Below, in pieces: positions 30,640 to 40,513 of a stretch of DNA of 64,000 nucleotides. The translations under genes were made by a program, and so were the position numbers. Each line of letters begins with the position of its first letter. The stretch's first letter is position 1. The notes beneath the pieces were generated by a model that did no database searches, was not told the origin of the DNA, and was given only the letters and a program-made list of their open reading frames with translations. The DNA comes from Candidatus Neptunichlamydia sp. (GTDB taxonomy: Bacteria > Chlamydiota > Chlamydiia > Chlamydiales > Simkaniaceae): contig OZ247587.1 in assembly GCA_965233865.1 (NCBI GenBank), positions 1,766,389-1,830,388 of the forward strand. The letters are read 5' to 3'.

Positions 30640-30802
30640 TATACGCTTTATGCGTGCAATTACGTCAGATGTATGTAGGGATTTCAGTACTTAAAGTGCG
30701 AAAATCCTGTCCCTGCTAATAGAGCCAGAGAGGAAATTCTTGGGCTTTTTTTTTAGATCCGCTATACTCAGAATTTAAACGATATATGCGAGGAGCATTC
30801 AA

Positions 30803-31261
30803 ATGAATCAAATGATTATCATGGGACATCTCGGGGCAGATCCCGAAGTTCGTTTTACTTCTGGAGGGCAAAAAGTGACGACACTTCGTGTAGCTGCCAA
30901 CCAGAGACGTGGTGGAAAAGATGAAACTTTTTGGTGGCGTGTCACCATTTGGGGCGAGCAATTTGACAAAATCATGCCTTACTTCAAAAAAGGAAGCGCA
31001 ATTATTGTCAGTGGTGAGATGCTTAAACCTGAAATTTATAACAACAAAGAGGGTCAACCTCAAATCTCTCTTAACCTTGTGGCTCATAATCTTTCTTTCC
31101 CTCCTTTTGGGAAGACTGATCGTCAAGAAGGGCAGCAGCAACAGAGCTCCTATTCTCAGCCAAGCGGAGATTTTGGTGGACAGGCGCAGCAAGGTCAAGG
31201 AGAGCAACAGCAGCAGCAGCAACAGCCTGCTGGATTTAGCGAGGATGAAATACCATTTTAA
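30803..31261 (+). CDS. ssb: Single-stranded DNA-binding protein
   Basis: OB fold (MGHLGADPEVRFT), Q/G-rich linker, C-terminal DEIPF. Confidence 0.97.
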   Translation: MNQMIIMGHLGADPEVRFTSGGQKVTTLRVAANQRRGGKDETFWWRVTIWGEQFDKIMPYFKKGSAIIVSGEMLKPEIYNNKEGQPQISLNLVAHNLSFPPFGKTDRQEGQQQQSSYSQPSGDFGGQAQQGQGEQQQQQQQPAGFSEDEIPF

Positions 31262-32739
31262 TGCAGCTTACCGTTAATGCAAGTATCTCTAAACGGCCCA
31301 AAGCCGACCTCGTTGTTGTTCCCTTTTTCAAAACGAAGAAGGGGATAGAGCCTGCTGTTGATGTTCCTGATCTAAAGGGGACGATTAACCCTATTCTTAA
31401 AGCAGGGGATTTCAGCGGAAAAGAGGGAGCTACAATGCTTGCCTATCTTTCGGAAAAGGCAGAAAAGCGCCTTCTTCTTTTAGGCCTTGGCGCAGCAAAA
31501 AGCCTGTCCATGGAAGGGCTGAGAAAAGCCTATGGAGCTGCGATGAAACGGTGCCAGGATAAGGCATGGCTTCATGTCAACTTTGTCTTACCTAAGTGCG
31601 ATAAACTAGACACTCACAGCGTAACACGCGCTGTTTCTGAAGGAATCGCTCTCACTTCCTATGTTTTTGACGAGTGGAAATCCAAAGACAATAAGAAACC
31701 TTTTTATCTCAAAAAAGGAGTACTTATTGGAGCGCGCGACTTGGCAGTTTGCAAAAAAACACTGGGGATCTTAAGCGGCGTAAACTTGGCGCGAAACCTT
31801 ATTAATCGAAATGCCTTAGATGTGACGCCACAAACCCTTGGGTTAGAAGCTAAGAAGCTTGCTGAGCACTTCACCTCTGTTAAAGCAACAATTTTGACTA
31901 AGAAACAGCTCGAAAAAGAAAAGATGGGCCTTCTCCTTGCTGTGGGCAATGGTTCTCGAATGGATCCAGCCTTAGTCATGCTTGAGTACCAGGGAGCTCC
32001 TCGCTCCGATGATCTCACGATGGTTGTAGGAAAAGGGGTGACCTTCGATACAGGAGGGCTCAACTTAAAGCCTACCAATTTTATTGAAGATATGCGCGCT
32101 GATATGGGAGGAGCCGCTGCAGCACTTGGTCTCATCCAAGCTGCTGCAAGCATAAAACTTAAAGCGAACATTGCCGTTGTTGTCCCTGCAACAGAAAATG
32201 CAATCGGTGCCCACAGCTATAAACCGGGCGACGTCTACCGCTCCCACGCGGGAAAAACAGTAGAGATTACCAATACGGATGCTGAAGGACGCCTCATCCT
32301 TGCTGATGCCCTCTCTTATGGACAAAAACATTTTCAGCCCGACCGCATTATTGATATGGCAACCCTTACTGGCGCGATTGTCATTGCCCTAGGCGATCAA
32401 CGCTCTGGACTATTTTCCAATAATGATAAACTCGCCAAACTTTGCGAAAAAGCAGGAGAAGCCAGCGGGGAAAAAGTATGGCGAATGCCCCTTGATCCAG
32501 AGTATAAGGTGCTGCTGGAATCAAACATTGCAGACATCAAAAATGCCGCTGGCAAACGGATGGCAGGATCGGTGACCGCAGCGATCTTTCTTCAAGAGTT
32601 TATCCAAGAAAAAACTCCATGGATCCATCTTGATATTGCAGGGACAGCTTTTTTAGATAGCGCGCGCGATTACCACCTTTCTCAAGCAACCGGAGCTGGA
32701 GTGCGCCTTCTTATTGAGCTTCTTGAATGTATCGAGTAA
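31261..32739 (+). CDS. pepA: Leucyl aminopeptidase (M17)
   Basis: GKGVTFDTGG, DMGGAA, NTDAEGRLILADAL, HLDIAGTA. Confidence 0.96.
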   Translation: MQLTVNASISKRPKADLVVVPFFKTKKGIEPAVDVPDLKGTINPILKAGDFSGKEGATMLAYLSEKAEKRLLLLGLGAAKSLSMEGLRKAYGAAMKRCQDKAWLHVNFVLPKCDKLDTHSVTRAVSEGIALTSYVFDEWKSKDNKKPFYLKKGVLIGARDLAVCKKTLGILSGVNLARNLINRNALDVTPQTLGLEAKKLAEHFTSVKATILTKKQLEKEKMGLLLAVGNGSRMDPALVMLEYQGAPRSDDLTMVVGKGVTFDTGGLNLKPTNFIEDMRADMGGAAAALGLIQAAASIKLKANIAVVVPATENAIGAHSYKPGDVYRSHAGKTVEITNTDAEGRLILADALSYGQKHFQPDRIIDMATLTGAIVIALGDQRSGLFSNNDKLAKLCEKAGEASGEKVWRMPLDPEYKVLLESNIADIKNAAGKRMAGSVTAAIFLQEFIQEKTPWIHLDIAGTAFLDSARDYHLSQATGAGVRLLIELLECIE

Positions 32740-33509
32740 AAGAAGAAAGCTCGCTTCTCACTTTTTTAAAAGGGAAAGCAAACCTTTCTGGACGGGAGAT
32801 CAAAAGAGCTCTTGAAAGCGGAGGATGCCGCCTCAATGGCAAGCTTGAGCGTTTTGCGTCTACGAAGCTTAAAGAAGGGGACAAAGTTACATTTCGCCTC
32901 CCTAAAGTTCTCAAGAAAGAAACTCTGTCTATCCTCTATCAAGATCCATCCCTGACCCTCTTTAATAAACCCTCTGGCATGACAACGGCTCCTGAAGTAG
33001 GCCATCACCTTGTCCACAGGCTTGATAAAGGAACATCTGGAGTTCTTCTTATGGCTAGAATACTCCCCATAAAAAAAGACCTAGAAGCGCTTTTTAAAAA
33101 ACGAGAGGTGAAGAAAACCTATATTGCTCTCATCAAGGGAGAGCCCCGAAAAAATCAAGAAACAATCGATAACTGCCTATCGAAAAAAGGGACTTTTCAC
33201 GGGCAGACTCTCTATGGATCTACGCCAAACGGGCAACAAGCAATCACTCATTGGAAAATTCTAGAAAAACGCAAAGGAGCCTCCCTTGTCGAGCTCTACC
33301 CCGAAACAGGACGCACCCATCAACTCCGTATCCATATGGCAGAGATGGGACACCCCATCCTTGGAGACCTTCAATACGGGCGCAATGTCTCCTTTCCAGA
33401 AACTATCGATCGCCTCTGCCTCCATGCTTATCGCCTTGCATTTGTCCACCCAAAGACACAAAAAAAAGTGCAGGCAACATCACCTTTGCCTGCACTTTTT
33501 AAACATTGA
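32727..33509 (+). CDS. RluA-family RNA pseudouridine synthase with S4-like N-terminus
   Basis: NKPSG, HRLDKGTSG, TGRTHQLRIH, GHPILGD, LHAYRL. Confidence 0.92.
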   Translation: MYRVKEESSLLTFLKGKANLSGREIKRALESGGCRLNGKLERFASTKLKEGDKVTFRLPKVLKKETLSILYQDPSLTLFNKPSGMTTAPEVGHHLVHRLDKGTSGVLLMARILPIKKDLEALFKKREVKKTYIALIKGEPRKNQETIDNCLSKKGTFHGQTLYGSTPNGQQAITHWKILEKRKGASLVELYPETGRTHQLRIHMAEMGHPILGDLQYGRNVSFPETIDRLCLHAYRLAFVHPKTQKKVQATSPLPALFKH

Positions 33510-33525
33510 CCTAAAGAGCCAATTG

Positions 33526-34185
33526 CTAAGCTTTAACGCCTTGGGGCATCCACTTCTGTCTCAGCTGAGATAAGTACTCAGAAGGACTTGACTTTGTTTT
33601 TGATAAGAAATTACCAATTTCCTTTCGCGTTGGAAGCGTGATGTTTCCTTTTCTTACCTTATTTGCGCCATATGCAGTTGCTGATAGGAACATTACAGAC
33701 ACAAATAAAGCAAAAGCTTTTTGCTCTCTCGAATATCCTTTAGCAGCAGCAACTTCAGGCACTTCAGACCTTTCAGTTTTAACTTCAGGCACTTTAATAA
33801 ATAGGTTTACTAGCTCTTTTTGACTTTTATTAAGGTCTGACATATCTACCTTATTAAGGTCTGACATATCTATATTATTATTTAATTTGTTAGATGACTC
33901 ATTAAAAATTTTTTCAAATGACGGTGGGGACTGATTCCCTTTAATAAATTTATTTGCTTCATTTTCATATAAGATTTGTCCAAAAATCTTATGAGCCTTC
34001 AGGCTAGAATGTGCTATGATCGCAAACTTGATGTGATTACCATCATTATTTAGGTTTTTAATTGTTTGTATGAAATAGATTGAGTGATTGTAATTGAATA
34101 ATTTTCCTTTTTCAAGTTCTTTTTTTAAATCATTATTTTGATTAATTAAATTTAATACCGAATTTTTTGTTAAATCTACTGTCAT
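33526..34185 (-). CDS. Low-GC hypothetical protein with short internal repeats and one hydrophobic segment
   Basis: RBS AAAGGAGAGG; Asn/Lys-rich; DMSDLNK x2 and VPEV x2; hydrophobic AFALFVSVMFLSATAYGA. Confidence 0.65.
   Translation of the reverse strand: MTVDLTKNSVLNLINQNNDLKKELEKGKLFNYNHSIYFIQTIKNLNNDGNHIKFAIIAHSSLKAHKIFGQILYENEANKFIKGNQSPPSFEKIFNESSNKLNNNIDMSDLNKVDMSDLNKSQKELVNLFIKVPEVKTERSEVPEVAAAKGYSREQKAFALFVSVMFLSATAYGANKVRKGNITLPTRKEIGNFLSKTKSSPSEYLSQLRQKWMPQGVKA
33827..33872. repeat. 22-bp direct repeat with 24-bp period (TTATTAAGGTCTGACATATCTA)
   Basis: Copies at 33827-33848 and 33851-33872; a second pair AACTTCAGGCACTT at 33751 and 33781. Confidence 0.85.
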
Positions 34186-34398
34186 GTGTTCCTCTCCTTT
34201 ATAGTTTAACTGGGACGCAGTTTTTGTTTCATCTGAGCTAGGTAGTCAGAAAATGTGTTTTTTGTATCGGAAAAGAATTGAGAGATATCCTGCTTTGTAG
34301 GAATTGAAAAATCTCATTCTTCAACCTTAATTTTCGATGGATCGTAACAATAAGAACACTTAAAGTTCAATTAAATAATTTTCTTGGTATTAGAGATA

Positions 34399-35703
34399 CT
34401 ATAGGTAGTCAATATGGCGCATATTGTCGAGCTTTTTGCTGAAAAGGACGAGAATAAAAGCGGGAACAAAAGAGGTGACAACAAAAATATCGAAAAAGCT
34501 TGAGAGGTGGATCTTAGTCATCCAGCCAGCAACATATCCTCCGAGGTAGAAACCAATTCCGATGCAGGCAAACCACACTCCGGTAAGGAGTCCGCGGTAG
34601 CGGTGGGGGCTGAGGTGAGTGACAAGTGAGAGCCCTATAGGAGCAAGAAAAAGTTCGGCAAGGGCCATGAGGCCAAAGGAAGAGATCAAGTAAAAGGGAT
34701 TCACGTGAGCATGATCAGCGCCTTGAGGAATATGGGCTGCGGCTCGTTGCATCACAAGAAAGCAGAGTCCCATGAAGAATAGGCTGAGGGCTGTTTTCAT
34801 TGGAGGACTTGCGCTTGACTTGATGCGTCGCAAAAAGAGGTAGAGGGAGGCAAGAGGAAAGGCGAAGATAAGGAGAAAAAAAGTTTCTGTTGAGGTAAAC
34901 CAAGGGGTTGGAACGGTGAATTCAGCAAACGTTCTGTCTGTAAACTTAAGGGCAAACAGGGTCATTGAAGAACCCGCTTGATTATAGGCCATCCAAAAAA
35001 GAACCGAGACAAGGGTCATGATCAATATGACATAGATACGGTTTTTTTCATGTTTTTTGAGGGGAAAGTGATTTGGGTCGTTTTTTTTTGAGACGAAGTA
35101 ATGAGGCGGGATTTCAAGATTTTTTAATTTCCCAATCACAGCAAAGTAAGGGACAATGCCAAGCATCTGAACGCAGCCGCACAAGATAAAGACGAATCTC
35201 CAATTAACTGTTTGGAGATAACCCAAAACGATCATGGCGACAAAGATTCCAACATTGACCGAAGCGTAGTAAATGGAAAAGCCTCCTTCTCGGATATGAG
35301 GCTTTTTTGCATAGACACTTCCTAAAAGAGAGTAGATTGCTGGGGTAAACAGTCCTCCTCCAAAAGCAAGAAGAGCTAGTGCTGGAAGGATGAGAGTTTC
35401 GCTCAAAGTTGCCAGTAAAAAGCATCCTGCAGCAGTCAAAAGCGTTCCAAGGAGTATGGGGCTTTGGTAGTTCCACTTATCAGCAATCCACCCTCCTAAA
35501 ATAGGAAGTGTAAAAGCGATTCCTGTGTATGTTCCAAAAAAATGTGTTGCTTTTGGTATAGAGTATGAAAGATGTGTTACGAGGTAAAGAACGAGGAGGT
35601 TCCCAATTCCCCAATAGGCGAAACGTTGGCACATTTCTGTGAGGGCAAGGAGATACATTTCGCGAGGGTGCTTATTCGAAAAAATAACGTCTTGTCGTTT
35701 CAT
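34399..35703 (-). CDS. POT/PTR-family proton-dependent oligopeptide transporter
   Basis: ExxERF-like TEMCQRFAYWG, GGWIAD, GFSIYYASVNVG, FWMAYNQAGSS, AELFLAPIGLS. Confidence 0.9.
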   Translation of the reverse strand: MKRQDVIFSNKHPREMYLLALTEMCQRFAYWGIGNLLVLYLVTHLSYSIPKATHFFGTYTGIAFTLPILGGWIADKWNYQSPILLGTLLTAAGCFLLATLSETLILPALALLAFGGGLFTPAIYSLLGSVYAKKPHIREGGFSIYYASVNVGIFVAMIVLGYLQTVNWRFVFILCGCVQMLGIVPYFAVIGKLKNLEIPPHYFVSKKNDPNHFPLKKHEKNRIYVILIMTLVSVLFWMAYNQAGSSMTLFALKFTDRTFAEFTVPTPWFTSTETFFLLIFAFPLASLYLFLRRIKSSASPPMKTALSLFFMGLCFLVMQRAAAHIPQGADHAHVNPFYLISSFGLMALAELFLAPIGLSLVTHLSPHRYRGLLTGVWFACIGIGFYLGGYVAGWMTKIHLSSFFDIFVVTSFVPAFILVLFSKKLDNMRHIDYL

Positions 35704-35842
35704 CTATCCTCGTGTAAAACAATGTTTTGAATTCCCTTTCTAGATATAGCCTCAAAAGGGGATTTAGGCTATGATTTTTTATGAAGCATTTTGTACTATA
35801 TCCGTATATTTTTGAAGCTAAATTATTTGATGTCTAAAAAAG

Positions 35843-36874
35843 ATGAAAATCCTTCTTGTTAAAACATCCTCTCTCGGTGACATAATTCAAGCGCTTCCTG
35901 TTGTTTCTTTTCTTAAGGAAAAGTATCCTGAAGCAGAAATTGATTGGGTTGTTGAAAAACCTTTCAAAGAGATCGTAGAAGCCCATCCTGATATCCATAC
36001 TGTGATTCCTATTGAGATGCGTATATGGAGGAAAAACCTCATTAAGCATCGAGCTGCCATTTGTTTGGCAATAAAAATGCTGCGCTATAAACACTATGAC
36101 CTTCTTTTTGATTTGCAGGGAAATATTAAATCGGCGCTTATTACAAAATGTGTTCGTGCTAAAAAAAAGGTGGGAACCACATTCAAATCAGCGCCAGAGT
36201 GGCCAAATGCATTGGCCCTAAATTGCCGCTACCCTTTGAATAAAAAAGACCCTATTTCCCTTCAATATCTCTCTATTGCGCAGCAGCATTTTTCCCTAAA
36301 ACCCTACCCCATCAACGTATCTCTGACCCTCACTATTACTCAAAAGGAATCGGATTGGATTCTCTCGAAGTTAAAAGGAGAGCACCGCACGATGATCTGT
36401 CCTGGCTCTTATTGGGAAAATAAGAAGCTTTTCCTTCCGACCTGGATCGAATTTCTTAAAGAACTTTTGCAAAAGAAAGAAACCCATTTTTATCTTGTTT
36501 GGGGAAGTCCTAAAGAAGAGCAAGAAGCTCTAGCCCTTCATACGCAATTTCCCTCCTATAGCACAGTTCTCTCAAAGATGCACCTTCCTCTTTGGCAGAA
36601 TTTTATGTCACATATGGACGCGATTTATACGGTTGATTCAAGTGCTCTCTATCTTGCAGCTACAACAGCTATTCCGACGCTGAGTTTCTTTGGTCCCTCA
36701 AACGCTTCCGTTTACAAACCTGCGCAGAATATCCACAAGGCCTTCCAAGGGACCTGTCCTTACGGCAAGACTTTTACCAAACGATGCCCAGCTCTCCGAA
36801 CGTGCAAAACTGGAGCCTGCCTTAAAGAGCTATCTCTGAAAACATTGAGTAAAGTGGCATCTACTTTAAAATAA
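35843..36874 (+). CDS. waaC: GT9 lipopolysaccharide heptosyltransferase I-like protein
   Basis: MKILLVKTSSLGDIIQALP, IDWVVE, YDLLFDLQGNIKSA, VDSSALYLA, FFGPS. Confidence 0.8.
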   Translation: MKILLVKTSSLGDIIQALPVVSFLKEKYPEAEIDWVVEKPFKEIVEAHPDIHTVIPIEMRIWRKNLIKHRAAICLAIKMLRYKHYDLLFDLQGNIKSALITKCVRAKKKVGTTFKSAPEWPNALALNCRYPLNKKDPISLQYLSIAQQHFSLKPYPINVSLTLTITQKESDWILSKLKGEHRTMICPGSYWENKKLFLPTWIEFLKELLQKKETHFYLVWGSPKEEQEALALHTQFPSYSTVLSKMHLPLWQNFMSHMDAIYTVDSSALYLAATTAIPTLSFFGPSNASVYKPAQNIHKAFQGTCPYGKTFTKRCPALRTCKTGACLKELSLKTLSKVASTLK

Positions 36875-36966
36875 GTGCGATGTGTTTTCTTTCTTTGATT
36901 CGATCAGCTTTGCCATTGATCCTTGACTTAGATTGATTCTAGGGATAGATTTATTCACCGCTTTTG

Positions 36967-38082
36967 TTAATCCTTTATTACATTAAGCAGGAGATCGAAG
37001 TCGATGTGGGATTCAACGACTTCAACAGCCTCGTTGATTTTCTCTTTGTCTTCTTTGCGGATTTTAACGGTGTAGGAAGTGATCATCTCCATAGCGCGGT
37101 AGGAACTGACGGGAGCATAGAGCATGGGGATATTGGCTTTTTTGAGTGCTTCGAGGATGGTTTGTCGAGGGGGCGTGTCACCAGTGAGAATGATTCCTAC
37201 GGAGAGATCTTCCTGAGGGTTGGCAATTTTAACGTCCCAGTGTTTGGTTAGGGTGGACAGGATAATATCTTCGCGATTCGAGGGAGTGATGATGAGTTGG
37301 TTTGGAAGAATCAGTTCCCGATAGTTTTTAAGAGAGGTGGCTACAAGGCGCATATGGCGAAAGTGACGCATATGGTGGTCTTCCCCTGTGAGCAGTGTGG
37401 CATTGAAAAGGGACTCGTAGTCTTGCATTGTGGGATTGCTTAGAAAAGGGTCAAAGGGGATGCAGCCAAGGATAGGGATGTTCCAGTGGGCAAGGGCCTT
37501 TTTCATATAGGTAAGGACCATATCTCGTTTATTGTCATGCACGCGGTTTAAAATGATGCCGGCAATGCGTACTCCTTCGGCGTCGCAAAGGGCTTTATTG
37601 ACGGCGAGGGCATCAAAGGAGGATCCAAGGCCTCCAGAGGCAACGAGAATCATGGGCAGTCCAAGGAGGGACGCAACACGGGCGTTGCTGAAGTTGACAA
37701 TTGACCCAACGCCAACATGCCCTGTTCCCTCAATAACAGTTGCATCGCTTGACTTAGATATTGTCTTGTAACTTTCTTCAATTTTTGATTGTAGGTCTTT
37801 TTCTTTGACCTTTCCATCGATAAAATCGCGGGTAAACCCTCGAGTAAAAAGAACTGGGCTCATCGTGGCTTCAGCTTGCTTCAGATTAAAGTGGTCTTTA
37901 AACAACACCACATCTTTGTCGACATGAACGCCTGTTTCAATTTCCACATGCTCTTGCCCAATGGGCTTGATAAACCCCACATTTTTATGGGTTTTCAATA
38001 GACCTGAAACCAGGCCTAGACAGGTTGTAGTTTTTCCGACATGTTGCCCTGTCGCTGCAACAAAGAAAGCTTTTTTAGACAA
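36967..38082 (-). CDS. BioD-like AAA_26 plus DRTGG domain protein (phosphotransacetylase N-terminal-like)
   Basis: ATGQHVGKTT, GFIKPIG, VIEGTGH, GIILNRV, DRTGG-like ITPSNREDI; no Pta catalytic domain. Confidence 0.8.
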   Translation of the reverse strand: MSKKAFFVAATGQHVGKTTTCLGLVSGLLKTHKNVGFIKPIGQEHVEIETGVHVDKDVVLFKDHFNLKQAEATMSPVLFTRGFTRDFIDGKVKEKDLQSKIEESYKTISKSSDATVIEGTGHVGVGSIVNFSNARVASLLGLPMILVASGGLGSSFDALAVNKALCDAEGVRIAGIILNRVHDNKRDMVLTYMKKALAHWNIPILGCIPFDPFLSNPTMQDYESLFNATLLTGEDHHMRHFRHMRLVATSLKNYRELILPNQLIITPSNREDIILSTLTKHWDVKIANPQEDLSVGIILTGDTPPRQTILEALKKANIPMLYAPVSSYRAMEMITSYTVKIRKEDKEKINEAVEVVESHIDFDLLLNVIKD

Positions 38083-38539
38083 TAGGAGCTCCTACTTTTA
38101 ACAGAGAACGGATTGTCTCTTGAGTTTCTTCGAAGATTTCCTCATCACTTTTCATTGCTTCGACCTCCTCTAAGGAAAAATACTGAATAGGATCAGGAGA
38201 ATGCGGGGTAGGATTTCCTAAGGGAGTGGCTAGATAAATGAGATCGAGATGTTGGTGGGCAAGGGTTTCTTTATGCTGGGGAATCTGTTCAACAAGGCAC
38301 ATATAGGGACGCTCAAAAGAGGCGGCGTTCCACCGCTTGATCCAGAGGTTTTCTTGCTTGGTAAAGGAAATTTCAAGTCCTGTTTCTTCCATGACCTCTC
38401 GTCTTGCTGTCTCAGGAGGAGATTCATTTTTTTCAATATGCCCACCAGGAGGTAGCCATTTTTTCAATTTTGGATGGAAAAGGAGAAGGACTCTCTCTTT
38501 ATACAGGATGTAAACTGAAGTAGTAAAGTGACGTTCCAT
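38075..38539 (-). CDS. NUDIX hydrolase
   Basis: Nudix box GGHIEKNESPPETARREVMEETGL. Confidence 0.92.
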   Translation of the reverse strand: MERHFTTSVYILYKERVLLLFHPKLKKWLPPGGHIEKNESPPETARREVMEETGLEISFTKQENLWIKRWNAASFERPYMCLVEQIPQHKETLAHQHLDLIYLATPLGNPTPHSPDPIQYFSLEEVEAMKSDEEIFEETQETIRSLLKVGAPIV

Positions 38540-38621
38540 GTCTCTGATTATATCGCTCGTTTTATTATTTTGCACTGCGTTATTGAAAAACTTGTGCAGG
38601 CAGTGTATCCTTGGCTGCGTT

Positions 38622-39239
38622 ATGGAAGAATTTGATGAACTTGTAGAAATTGCTGATATCCTTCACGGGCCTGAGGGTTGTCCTTGGGATCGAAAGCAAA
38701 CGTTTAAATCTCTTTGTCCTCACGTTCTCGAAGAAGTTCACGAGTTTCTTGAAGCTGTTGATGACGATGATACCGAGGGGATGGTTGAAGAGCTAGGCGA
38801 TGTTCTTTTCCAAATTATTTTCTACGGTAAGCTTGGAGAAAAGGCCAAGCGGTTTTCCCTTGAGGATATTATTACAACGGTTAGCGAGAAGCTTGTGCAC
38901 CGCCACCCTCATGTTTTTGGAGATGTCGAGGTCAAAAATGCTGATGAAGTCGTCCATTACTGGGAAAAGGCAAAAGTCGAAGAGAAAAAAGAACGCAAGC
39001 ACCCCCTTGAGGGAATTCCTAAAACGCTCGGAGCCCTCGCGCGGGCTCAAAAAATTGTTTCCAAGATTATTCGCACCAAGCTTTCGTTTCCTCAAAAAGA
39101 GCAGAAAGTATCTGCTGAAATTGCCATTGGTGATCAATTTCTAGATCTTGTGATTCAAGCGCAGCAGGAAGGGGTTGATGCAGAAAGCGCCCTCCGAACT
39201 GCTCTTAAAAAATACGAAGCTCTTTTTGATGCTGTGTAG
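38622..39239 (+). CDS. mazG: MazG-family nucleoside triphosphate pyrophosphohydrolase
   Basis: GCPWDRKQT, EEVHE, EELGDVLFQ, KLVHRHPHVFG. Confidence 0.9.
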   Translation: MEEFDELVEIADILHGPEGCPWDRKQTFKSLCPHVLEEVHEFLEAVDDDDTEGMVEELGDVLFQIIFYGKLGEKAKRFSLEDIITTVSEKLVHRHPHVFGDVEVKNADEVVHYWEKAKVEEKKERKHPLEGIPKTLGALARAQKIVSKIIRTKLSFPQKEQKVSAEIAIGDQFLDLVIQAQQEGVDAESALRTALKKYEALFDAV

Positions 39240-39265
39240 GATACGCTGGACAACCTCTATGTTCT

Positions 39266-40288
39266 TTAGAAGTTTAACTGGATGGAGCCTGTTGCTCCGT
39301 GATAGATAATGTGGCTGCCGTGATCAAGGATATCTCCCTTGCCATGGAAGATCAAGTTGCCGCTAGCGGTTGCAATGGCTCCGACGTAGAGGACTTGATA
39401 GTTGAAAAGAATGAAGAAGTGCTTGGTGGGTCTAAGCTCAATAAAGGGGAATACTTGTGCAAAATAGGCAAAGTTAAAACCACTTTTATCAATGTTGCGA
39501 TGTACGATGGTGTTGCCTTTATCAAGCATCAGAGTTCTTTGCCTATCGCGATTAAAAAGACCTCCACCTTTGACAACAAGTCCCCATGTTAAAAATTGGT
39601 AGGGGTTGCATTCGATGTCTCCACCTAGTTGAAGTCCAAGTGAGGTGTTTTCTGTCCGGATGCGGTAGCGACTTGTTTGAGGAATCTCATCAAAGGGTTT
39701 AGTAAAGTACATCTTAATCTTTTCGTCGATATCAAAGTAGCGCAGTCCAATAATCCCCGAGACGGAAAAATGATCAGTGTAGCGAGGGGTGACATGGTAC
39801 CAATAATTGAGTTCATAGGCATACATTTTAGAGAGATAGACTGCTTTTACTCGGCTTGCATAGTTATAGTCATAGGTAAATTGAGTGATGTTTCCATCGA
39901 TATTTAGGTTCTTAGGACAATTTATACTTTTTTGGCCGCTCCAAGCGAGTCCTCCCAAGTAGCGCGCTTCCCATGTAGAGTAAATGCTTGGGTAGATCTT
40001 TGTGGCAACAGAAAATCCTGAATTGAAGTGCATATCATGGACGAGGTCTTTTGACTCGATCATAGGTTTTCCCTCTTCCTTTCGACAGTCAACGGGTGTC
40101 CATTCAATGGGGATTCCTTGGGGTCCTCCGGCGGCAGCAACTAAATGTTTGTTCTGGGAGTTGGCACGCCGCATCAAAACGTAGTCGAGTTCAATGGAAA
40201 AGTGTTGGTAGTAGGCGCCTCGTACAGCACCGCATGCACTAGCGCAACTTCCAAGTAAAAGAGCTATCCACAAATAGGTTTTCTGCAT
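39266..40288 (-). CDS. Hypothetical outer-membrane beta-barrel protein
   Basis: Signal peptide, alternating strands (YAYELNY, IIGLRYFDIDE, GLQLGG), C-terminal ...GSIQLNF BAM-signal-like end. Confidence 0.7.
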   Translation of the reverse strand: MQKTYLWIALLLGSCASACGAVRGAYYQHFSIELDYVLMRRANSQNKHLVAAAGGPQGIPIEWTPVDCRKEEGKPMIESKDLVHDMHFNSGFSVATKIYPSIYSTWEARYLGGLAWSGQKSINCPKNLNIDGNITQFTYDYNYASRVKAVYLSKMYAYELNYWYHVTPRYTDHFSVSGIIGLRYFDIDEKIKMYFTKPFDEIPQTSRYRIRTENTSLGLQLGGDIECNPYQFLTWGLVVKGGGLFNRDRQRTLMLDKGNTIVHRNIDKSGFNFAYFAQVFPFIELRPTKHFFILFNYQVLYVGAIATASGNLIFHGKGDILDHGSHIIYHGATGSIQLNF

Positions 40289-40404
40289 TTGCATTCCATT
40301 TAAAATACTGAAATGTATCAAAATGAAATTTCTCCTACAAGCTATTTTGTAGAGGTAAGGTGGAAATTCTGTGGGGATTTTTGAGAGCTGTAGGCATAAC
40401 AAAA

Positions 40405-40499
40405 GCCGGAGAGTGCTCCTGGCATAACTTAAATCCTAAAGGCTGCTACATTCCTGTCCTGACCTGGTTCAGACCGCATTATTCCAAGAGTTCCCCGGC
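40405..40499 (-). ncRNA. ffs: Signal recognition particle RNA (4.5S)
   Basis: Long hairpin with GCCGGGGA/TCTCCGGC ends and domain IV core CCAGGTCAGGACAGGAATGTAGCAGCC. Confidence 0.88.
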
Positions 40500-40513
40500 A
40501 AGCTGCCAGTTTA

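Noticed and set aside
30716..31277. Overlapping alternative-frame ORFs across ssb, and the many similar short shadow ORFs within fab, pot, uvrA, pyk and rhs
   Set aside because: They lie antisense or out of frame to well-supported genes and show no motifs; the CAG run in ssb just encodes the usual Gln-rich linker.
40289..40402. N-terminal extension of the 378 aa ORF
   Set aside because: The signal peptide begins at MQKTYLW (40288); the extension abuts the SRP RNA.
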